A stretch of DNA of 64,000 nt from Octopus sinensis (taxonomy: Eukaryota), in assembly GCF_006345805.1 (NCBI RefSeq), contig NC_043006.1:32426001-32490000 (forward strand). The letters are read 5' to 3'. This document shows positions 54,506-64,000 of this stretch, piece by piece (position 1 is the first letter of the stretch; each line of letters begins with the position of its first letter). The position numbers and the translations under genes were made by a program. Below the pieces are notes generated by a model, which was given only the letters and a program-made list of their open reading frames with translations, was not told where the DNA came from and ran no database searches.

Positions 54506-55216
54506 CATACAACTAAATATATAAAACCACTTCGCTCATTATCATATTAGGAGATGTATACGTGTCTCTGGACGTATATATATATATATGTTATATATAT
54601 ATACATATAAGCTCATACACACAATGAAATTCATACGGAAGCGATTTCACTCCATTTCTCCTCATCTCTCTCTTTCTCATTCCTCTTCCTCCAGTACTCT
54701 CTATGACGTGCTAGCTCTTATCAGATGACACTCGCAAATACAAACATCTACACTCACATACATTCACACAAACATATAGTTACATATATTCATACACATC
54801 GGCGCACACACACATACACACACATATATATTATCTCCATGGAGAAAAGCGACACTAATGGCATCTCAATTATTTTCATTAAACTGAAGCCAATTTAAAG
54901 ACATTTCAATGAATTTATCCTTTTCTTTCTTCCTATGGCGAGGTAATATTTAATGGTGTTTCAAATAATATCACCAGGGCTCATTGCGCATGATCCCATG
55001 AAGGGCTAGAAACAACAGACAAATCGCCCCTAACACCGTATTGTCGTAAAACAGTATACATCTCGTATAAAATTCTTTATGGGTGACGCTGAAGCGGTTT
55101 AACTAGCACTCGATCGGTTACAACAATGAACGTTCCCGTTGATCGAACAGAACATCCTGCTCGTGAAATTGACGAGCATGTGGCTGAGCACCCCACACAC
55201 ACGCTGGCCCTTAGTG

Positions 55217-55796
55217 TATTGGGTTGGTGCATAATTAATTACTGCAGCTTTTCTTCAACAAAAACAATAACATACAACAAAAACGTATATAAATGATTAT
55301 TCCGAAGCATTTTCACCATCTACTTCAATTACTGCTTCCCATTGGCTTGGCAGACTGTCAAACCATCATTTAAAGATGTTTTTGTTAAATATTCTTAATG
55401 TAAAAGTAAAAGTAAAGACTCCCTTCGGTCATGAATAACCATGGGATTGCACCTAGAAAGTTACCCTCCTAGACACAAGTCCGGCAATGTTGTTTATGGA
55501 AGACCAGCAGTCGCCCATGCATACCAGCCTCCCCTCTCCACGCCACCAGTGTTATCCAAGGGAAAGACAAAGGTCGATACAGCTTGGCACCAGTGACGTC
55601 GCAGCTCATTTCTATAGCTGAGTGAACTGGAGCAACGTGAAATAAAGTGCTTTGCTCAAGAACACAACACGCAGCCCGGTCCGGGATTCGAGCTCACAAC
55701 CTCACGATCGTAAGCTCGACGTGAGCTTATTCTTAATGTTTTTGTTGAATAAAATGTGTTGAAAAAAAGCCGCAATAATTATGCACCAACCAAATA
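55217..55796. mobile_element. Mariner-derived MITE
   Basis: TIR TATTGGGTTGGTGCATAATTA / TAATTATGCACCAACCAAATA. Confidence 0.8.
55402..55727 (-). mobile_element. SINE (family D) inserted in the MITE
   Basis: 12-bp TSD TATTCTTAATGT at 55390-55401 and 55728-55739; B-box GCTCGAATCCC on minus strand. Confidence 0.85.
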
Positions 55797-56610
55797 TCTG
55801 TTCATCCCATAAGTTCTGTCCGATTTTACCTTTGTTAAAATTGAATGAAATTTAATAGTACCTAATGGAATTAAAAATTATTTTTTGTGTATATTTAAAA
55901 TAATTAAATGATATTTTACAGAATAATAGAATTAAAACTCCTTTGATTAAAACCCTTTCTAACATGGAAGTGTCCAAAGAGCATTTGAGGCACATAATGC
56001 TTTATGAGTAAAAAAAGGAAACAGGGCAGCCGAAGCGATAGGAAATAATTCTTAAATGAAAGTACTTGCAAAAGATGGTTTGCAAAATTCAGAAGTGGAG
56101 ATTTCAGCTTTGAAGATGAAGATCGAACAGGACGTCCAGTTGAGTTTGATGATAATACTTGAAGAAACTCCTGCATTATCAGTTGAAGCATTGGCAATAA
56201 AGCTTAGTTCAAGCCATACAACTGTTTATCGTCATCTTCAACAACTTGGAAAGGTTCCTAAACTAAAAATGGGTGCATCATGAATTACCCGAAAGCAAGC
56301 ACAAATCCCGATTGTACATCTGCTCTTCTATCCATTCTCGCGTACTCATTTCACCCTTTTTGGATAGACTTGTGACTGGTGACGAAAAATGGATCTTCTA
56401 TCGAAATGTTAAACGTCGTAAACAGAGGCTTGGTAAAAGGGAAAAAGCTCAACCACAACCGAGAAGGGAACTTCATGGAAAAAATGTTCTTCTATCTGTT
56501 GGGATTGCAAAGGAGTAATTCACTTTGAATTGTTACCACCTAATGCAACAATCAATGCTCAAGTCTACTGTCAGCAATTAGAGCGTTTGAACCAAACTTT
56601 GAAGGAAAAA
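55797..56610 (+). mobile_element. Mariner transposon 5' part, frameshifted transposase
   Basis: MEVSKEHLRHIMLYE, RWFAKFRSGDFSFEDEDRTGRP, FLDRLVTGDEKWIFYRN, ELHGKNVLLSV, YCQQLERL. Confidence 0.85.
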
Positions 56611-57469
56611 AAGACTTAGTGTACAGCTAGGCGGAATATATTTTCATATATGACATTTTACTAAGACTCTAAAGTAATTATCGTCTTTCGCTCACTATAA
56701 CATTCCTGCTTATATTTTTTTTTCATTTCTGGAATATCAAAAAGAATTATTAAAATGGAAATCGACATAGTTAAAATTTTGACGAGACAATTGCTCGTTC
56801 TTTACATAATCTCCCGATATTCAAGAAACTGAAATAATTGAATTGTTGGAAATAATTCCTTGTTAGATTTGTAAGTTATCTCGAATCTGTTCTATACAGA
56901 AACAATAAGTCTAGTTGCCAAATGAAACTTATTTATCAAGCTATTGTAAGATGTCGCGCACTGTTCTCAAAATAAAAACATAAAATCTCTTTTATTCGCA
57001 TCAGTATCATTTCGTACAAAAACAAGATGACACCTCATCAAAGGAAACATAATATTTCATGATTAAAATTTTTTCCTAGTATGACCTACCATAATTTTTC
57101 CTTAGAAGGCAACGTTCTATTTGCGAATAACCTAAGGAGATAAAACTCAAAAATTAACGAGCAAAACTGAAGGAATTTGATTTGTAAAATTAGAAAATGC
57201 TTAAGGAACAATTCACCATGAAGTAAAATATACAATGTGTCACTATAACTTCTTTTATTTGTTTTAATTTCAATTTTTCTATGAAAAGAAATCCTTCTAA
57301 GACGGCGAATTCACACAGACGAGCTAAGAAACAAGGGCTTCTAGATATTACGCGATTGCACAGACGATTGTAAGAGCGTAGTTTCGATTCTCAGTGCGTA
57401 GCGTTATTGAGAAAAATGCTTCATTTCACATTGCTCCAGTCTATTCAGATGTACATGAGTAACCCAGCG

Positions 57470-57854
57470 ATGTTTTTCTCAGCTCTGCTGGCTGCAGGTC
57501 TTCCAGAAAGTTCGTCGCTATCGAAATTTTTTCGGCAATCTTGGAAACGTCTAAACCACTCGTACGCTTGTGTGGGGCTCATACACTCCTCTCCATACAC
57601 TTTCTGAAACTTTGCCTAGGCCTCTGAGCACGTACCGCCATAACAACTTCCTCTGTCATGATCAATGCTACGATCACACATTACACACGTCATTTGGAAG
57701 CACTGTTGTAAGGAGCGGAAGGGAGCTAGAACCTTAAAACTTAGTGCATATGCACAGCAGAGGTCAAAGTCAATTTGTGTTAAGCAGCTTCACTCTGCGT
57801 ACTTTAGCTTCGTTACTATGGCAACAGTCCGGATTCTTATTGATCAAACCGCGT
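57470..57854 (-). mobile_element. Mariner transposon 5' fragment
   Basis: QKVYGEECMSPTQAYEWFRRFQD...DSDELSGRP (HTH region); end TACGCGGTTTGATCAATAAG. Confidence 0.7.
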
Positions 57855-57980
57855 ACGTGCACGCATGCATACATACATACATAATATATACATACTTACA
57901 TACGTAAATACATAAATACATAGGCAGATAGATAGACAGACAACAGGCAAATAGATAGATAGATAATAGATAGATAGATA

Positions 57981-58107
<127 letters not shown>

Positions 58108-58663
58108 CTGGATGGATAGCTGGATGGATAGATAGATAGATTAATTGATTAATAGATGGGTAGGTGGATTGAGTGATTTTTGAGATCGCAGTGTAGTTCG
58201 CCAATATATCAGCATTTATATAATAGAATAATAATTACCGAACACCCAATTAAAGAGAAAACAATGAGAAGAAGGCAAGTAAAGAAATGCTTAAAACTAT
58301 GTATTACTTGCGAGGAAACATGATTACAAATAAGCACGAGGCTTTATTAAATTAACCATAAACCAAACATTTGGAATATTGGTTAATGTAACTAGAGTTT
58401 GATAAGCGTCATTAATGTAATAAGAGTAAAACACGCGCACACACACGAACCTCGTTTATGTGTGTGTGTGTATGTGTGTGTGTGTGTGCGTGCATGTGTG
58501 TGTGTCTTTATGTTTATGGTTGTTACCCATTTGCTTGGACATGTTCATGTCTCTCTAATTATGTTCTCTCACACATGCACACGCACACCCACACACTAAC
58601 ACATACATATATATATATACATGTGCGTGTATATATATATATGTATATATATATATGTATATA

Positions 58664-58694
<31 letters not shown>

Positions 58695-59169
58695 GCATGT
58701 ATGAATGTATGCATGTATGTAATAAGATTTAGGAACTGCACAGAGGGATGAAAAAGGAAAGCACGAAACATCCACACACAAATGCTCTTCCCTCGTCAGT
58801 TATCGTTTAAAAAATCATGGCAGTCTCGCGCCTTTAATGATAACTTCATTAATTTTGGTGGCATCAACAGCAAAATGGTGCCGGAAATAAATGGGGTAAA
58901 TCAAATTTGTCCATGATAGACTGCTTTGATGATCAATGTTACTATCATCTAGGAGCTTTCAGAAGACCATGCATGGTCCTCTGCTCATATAGGCTCATCC
59001 TTTCATCTGATGATACGTTTCGGTAGAGTCGTGCGACTTCTTTGGGCATGTATTTAAAGATTTACATGCATGCATACATGTATGTATGTATGTATGTATG
59101 TATGTATGTATGTATGTATGTATGTATGTATGTATGTATGTATGTGTATGTATGTATGTATGTATGTAT

Positions 59170-59565
59170 GATTCTTTAATTATTATAAATCTTACACGGA
59201 GGAGGGATCCGGTTTCCAACACAGATACAAGGCTCCATCTTTGGGATGTAGTTAACACAGACAAATTCACATTTGGAACTTGAGAAATGTCTTGCATATT
59301 TTTACTGTTCCGCTCACAGTTAACCCCAATGATGGTACATACCTTTACCCTTCTGTCCCAAACAACAATATCCGACCTGTTATGCTTACATTTCACAGAC
59401 GTTTTGATGGGAATGTTCCACCAGTATTCTTTGAGTTGGTGTTTTTGAATGTATTCTATAACAGAGGTATTTTCTAGGTTTATTGCAGGACAGTCTTTTT
59501 TGCGACTGGCATTGAAAGGTAGTACCGTGACGACATTTTAGGAGAGCTGCTAATCACATGCGTGA
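59170..59565 (-). mobile_element. RLE retrotransposon fragment related to 9280-9927, abutting (TATG)n
   Basis: EYWWNIPIKTSVKCKHNRSDIVVWDR; 3' UTR shares CCGGTTTC.AAC..AGATACAAGGCT with 31078-31103. Confidence 0.75.
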
Positions 59566-59577
59566 TGTATGTATATA

Positions 59578-59617
<40 letters not shown>

Positions 59618-59634
59618 CACACACACACCTTTTA

Positions 59635-59850
59635 TCTTTCATCTTTTGTTTCAATCATTAGCCTACGGCCATGCTGGGACACTGCCTTGAAGAATTTTTA
59701 GGGGAATGTATCGACCAGAATACTTATATTTTAAAGCGTAGTGCTTATTTTCTCGGTCTCTATTGCCGAACCGCTAAGTTACGAGAACGTAAACACACCA
59801 CCACCCGTTGTCAAGCGGTGTGTGCGGAGGGAGAAACACAGATACATAAA
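59635..59850 (-). mobile_element. SINE family A 3' half
   Basis: GGCCATGCTGG..CAC.GCCTT...TTGCCGAACCGCTAAGTTACG. Confidence 0.7.
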
Positions 59851-61884
59851 CACACACACACACACACACACACACGCATAAACACACACATATATATATG
59901 TATAGATGTATATACTAGCTGACGTACCCGGTAATTTCCGAGGAAGCAGAGCTTATCCCTTGGTTAGGTTCTCATAATTGTTTCGCTAATCCAGTAACAT
60001 CAATACAAAGTATGTAGCCCTTTAAACGGTTTTTGTGAATTTACAGAGAACAGTGAACTGTCTTACACAAGATCTTGTTTTTAGGAATTCCTAATAAGTT
60101 ATGAATACTCAAATTGTGAAGTCAGTTATGTAATAACATGAAATTAGTTATCCGATAGTAAGAATTCACATAAAGTAGCCCCCAAAAGGGCTTTAATGCG
60201 TTCTCAGAGTATATAGAAGCTAGGTGGAAATACTAATTAGGTATGTATACTAAAATCGTGAAGCATGTTACGTTATAACAAGCTAATCAGATATGAGATA
60301 ATAATAGCACTGGTTATCCATTAACCAGATATCTGATTCGAGTACTTGAATCAGTTTGAACACGAAAATGCAACCAAAGTTCCGATGGTGGTTGTGGTTG
60401 TGGTGGTGGTGCACGTCGGCGTTGTGGTATTGGTGGTGATGGTGTTAAACTGAACAGCAGATTAAGCACTTACGCAAGGACACTTAAACATTCCACCGCC
60501 AGCCACCATTACGCTCTACTAAAATAAATTTAAGATTTTCGTGAATATCAATGTAATTATGTCAAGGTGAAAACTAATCATGTTTTCGCATTAAAAGAAT
60601 CCATAGAACCGCTACTCGTGTCCGGTTTCGATTGCATAAAGTAAGAAGCCGACGTCTATACGGTTTGAATTTCGTTTGAGACTTGTTAAATTTACTTGCA
60701 TCGCTGAAATGAATCGGGACATCGCTTTCAGGTTGACTCAAGAAATACATACATATTCAGTCCGCTTAATTGAATATCCTCGGTAATCAAAACATTTATG
60801 CAATTAAACGAAATACACAAGAAAAATGCATAGTGAACGATGAATTATGAAATTTCAATATACTGTGAGCAGTGTGGTATTGTGCCTCTATTACATACAT
60901 ATGAGTTGTGCAGTAAAAAATAAAGAAATAAAACGGTTTTCTTTTGTTCCAGTGAATATTCTGTTATTTATATTTAAAACAACACCGAAGAAGGCATTAA
61001 TACAATTGCATTTATTCAATGTATTGGATAGTAATTACAGATCGATGTTTACGTTCCAACAGTATATTTAATCGGTACACAAGAATTTGCTTGAGAAGAA
61101 ACTAATAAATTATCTCTTACGTTTTTCTTGAGACACATAATGTTGTAGTTCAAGCGTCCGTGGTTTAATCTCTCTTTTGCAAGACACAATAAGCAAAAGA
61201 TTTCTGGTTTGTACAAATATAACATTGTAAATATAATTATGGTATTCAGTTGAGAAATTCTGTTATCTTTGACTCTATGATCTCAAGCTGCTACCGATTC
61301 ACACGTCTTCAATGACATAAAAGTTAGCCAAATATTCACGGTGATACTTTTCCAAGTAACCTCAAACACGGTGAATCTAACCTCTGCCGTTGAGAGAAGT
61401 AACTCTACAGATTCACCGTCATTGCTATGATTGAACGAGTAATTTGTTGATTTTGCATCCTCATTCAGGAAATAGACAATCAATTCTTTGTCACTGTTTA
61501 AGATCTTTGCCTATGATCTTTAGTCCCATTCTCTTCTTCCATCATAGAAACAGGGGGTTAGCATAATGTTACCTCCCTTACCAGGAGCGCATCTACAGCT
61601 GCAAAAGCAACCGTCTGAAAGCAATTAATGGTCATAGAATTTTTAAGATTGTTGAATGTTGATTTTATTAGTAAATGAATAGCATCCAGTAATGTATTTC
61701 TTTGTCAAAATTATTTGCTTCTAGCTCTGGTTAACCATCAATAGTTAATGACCACGGTACATCTATGCAGTGAGTTTTCAAAGTTTTTCATGTTTTGGTC
61801 ACATGTTTGAAAAAACCCACTGATGTTATCCAAGAGAAAGGCAAAGGCCAATACAGCTTGGTACCAGTGACGTCGCAGCTCATT

Positions 61885-62190
61885 TATTAACGTGGGAGTG
61901 GCTGAGCACTCTACAGACACGTGTACCCTTAACGTAGTTCTCGGGGAGATTCAGTGTCACACAGAGTGTGACAAGGTTGGCCCTTTGAAATACAGGTACA
62001 ACAGAAACAGGAAGAGTGAGAGAAAGTTGTGGTGAAAGAGTACAGTAGGGTTCGACCCCCCCTCCTGCCGGAGACTCGTGGAACTTTAGGTGTTTTCGCT
62101 CAATAAACACTCACAATGCCCGGTCTGGGAATCGAAACCGCGATCCTACGACCGCGAGTCCGCTGCCTTAACCACTGGGCCATTGCGCCT

Positions 62191-62191
<1 letters not shown>
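61885..62191 (-). mobile_element. tRNA-derived SINE (family C-like)
   Basis: Minus head GGAGGCGCAATGGCCCAGTGGTTAAGGCAGCGG...GGTTTCGATTCCCAGACC; tail shared with 21885-21990. Confidence 0.8.
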
Positions 62192-62245
<54 letters not shown>

Positions 62246-62246
62246 C

Positions 62247-62475
62247 ATGCTTTATTTAAAAGTAGCAGAAATTCAACAAAACCGGTTACTCTGAGTTTCA
62301 CGTTCGTCGGACAGTTTTTGTTTTAACAAAAACTGTCCGACGAACGGAAACGTGAAACTCAGAGTAACAGGTTTTGTTGAATTTATGCTGCTTTTAAATA
62401 AAGCATATTACCTTACCCCTGGTATTTGAGCACTCTTTTTTCCTCCTTGTTTCACATTTATGTGTTTACTCCGGT
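62247..62475. mobile_element. Fold-back Penelope-like mini element (palindrome 62247-62406 plus unpaired tail)
   Basis: About 78-bp arms with a 2-nt spacer at 62323-62324; (TA)n on both flanks. Confidence 0.8.
62333..62370 (+). ncRNA. Minimal type I hammerhead ribozyme candidate, C4 variant
   Basis: CTGT-CCGACGA-ACG-GAAA-CGT-GAA-ACTCAGAGT-A-ACAG; predicted cleavage after GTA at 62366. Confidence 0.65.
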
Positions 62476-62495
62476 ATATATATATATATATATAT

Positions 62496-62849
62496 AATAA
62501 TAAATATTAGGGAATAAATCCAAATTCACAGGGAAAAATCAGATTTAGGATTGAATCCAATTTATAGTAAAATATTATATTATATTAAATTAGAGACAAA
62601 ACCACTATTAGGCAAATCAAATAATGAAAGACTTAAGCCAATACATATGATTAATTTATATTATTTAAATATGTAACAATTATTAAAAAATATAATTAAT
62701 ATCCACTACGATCGTTTCCTGCCTGCTGTCTTTAAATTTTTGAGTCGCAGTCATTCATCAGGTGGTTTCAAAATTTTTCTTGGCGAGTTTTAAACAATGA
62801 ACTCATTGTTTGATTTGCCTAATAGTGGTTTTGTCTCTAATTTAATATA

Positions 62850-62854
<5 letters not shown>
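62496..62854. mobile_element. Penelope-like pLTR (minus) with partial inverted copy
   Basis: Inverted repeat 62577-62627 / 62803-62854; same family as 441-570 and 3085-3120. Confidence 0.7.
62703..62765 (-). ncRNA. Type I hammerhead ribozyme candidate, canonical core
   Basis: CCAC-CTGATGA-ATGACTGC...GCAGGCAG-GAA-ACGATCGT-A-GTGG; first helix II pair is mismatched. Confidence 0.65.
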
Positions 62855-62902
<48 letters not shown>

Positions 62903-64000
62903 AGAGAAGACGTTTTAGAAAGTCGAAAGACACTAACCTTTGGGAAGAGATTTCACAAAATGCGTGTAGGCGTGTAGGCTTTACTTTTATACATGTATAA
63001 GCGCTTTCAGTTCTTAACGTTTTCAAGCACATATATATGTGTACGTATGGACGGATGCATACATGGATGTTTCAATGAGACAGAGCATTCATTAAATGCT
63101 TCGAAACCTACAACTTCTCAACCTAGAAAATAAATTAACATTTGTACCCCAATATATTTGGCTTATTTGATTAGATTACAAAGTGTTAGAGTAGTAATCT
63201 AGGAAACCTAGACTTTTCAGGCAAAGAATTAATACATCAAAGACATAATCTGCAAATTTAATCTGGAGGTGAAAATACGAATGGTTTTTTTAAAAGTTAA
63301 TCATCTAACAGGTTTTTTGCAGTTGCTGCTATCTTAATTCCAGTGATAAAGTTTTGTTTCTTAGTTAGAACGAGTAGTTCTCTTAGGAAAATTACTAAGC
63401 ATTAAAAGAAGACACATATTCGCGCACACACACATGTATAAATTCATGCATATATACACACAAACGTACTCACATTATATACGTGGGCGTACGTATGCGT
63501 ACATATATATGCACATGTGTGTGTCCATGCGTGCGTGTGTGTATATATGCATATATCTGTGTGTCCCTGTGTGTGTTTGTGTGTGTGTCTGTATATATAT
63601 ACATGACTGTTGTCGTCACCTCGGTGTTTAGATCTTTAGATGTATGTAATTACCGAATTTATGAATGCAATGATCCAAGAATGTATGAAGATTACACACG
63701 AAAATTTCTAGATAACTACTGACGCATCACATATCCTGCAGCATAAATATATGAACTTAATCAATAAGCCAAACAACATTAGCCAAGTGCTTCAGTCTTA
63801 GAAAAATACGTATGCTCAAATGTAGCTGTAAAACAAATATACATTAACAGAAATGAACTTGCATACTGTCATGTATAACTTTAAATATAATCACGATTAA
63901 CATCTGTTGTAAAAACTATTTAACAACAAATTAAAAGAATAAACAAAAGTAATGAAATAATTACGAGTAAAGAAGTGAAATGGAACCAGTGCGTGTATTT

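Noticed and set aside
59007-59040. CTGATGA-TAC..GTA hammerhead-like start
   Set aside because: Lacks GAAA and helix I pairing
59913-60230. Helitron end with possible PIF1 helicase motifs
   Set aside because: Putative motifs are weak and in the wrong order
62095-62191. tRNA gene
   Set aside because: tRNA-like head continues into a SINE body; not a stand-alone tRNA

Overview
AT-rich, microsatellite-saturated eukaryotic nuclear DNA. The SINE families, a mollusc-type ND1 pseudogene and the repeat landscape suggest a coleoid cephalopod, probably Octopus (inference). I can support no intact host protein-coding gene. Most ORFs in the track are translations of (TA)n, (CATA)n, (TATC)n, (CA)n or trinucleotide repeats. 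Identifiable content: several R4/Dong-like restriction-like-endonuclease (RLE) non-LTR retrotransposons (one about 3.5 kb), a Tx1-like element with an 11-bp TSD, CR1 and RTE 3' ends, a Gypsy RT relic, Tc1 and mariner relics and MITEs, four tRNA-derived SINE families (some in tandem arrays), a duplicated ND1 NUMT, and a candidate CRE+TATA promoter with a possible downstream exon. The most striking structure is a set of about ten short, mostly fold-back (palindromic) Penelope-like inserts, most of them in (TA)n tracts. They carry minimal type I hammerhead ribozyme motifs with palindromic helix III, including core variants U3-A8 and C4. Other notable signals are retrotransposon families each tied to a different microsatellite, a twin-priming-like inversion in an RLE element, and several local templated duplications. 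All calls were made by eye, and boundaries of degenerate elements are approximate.
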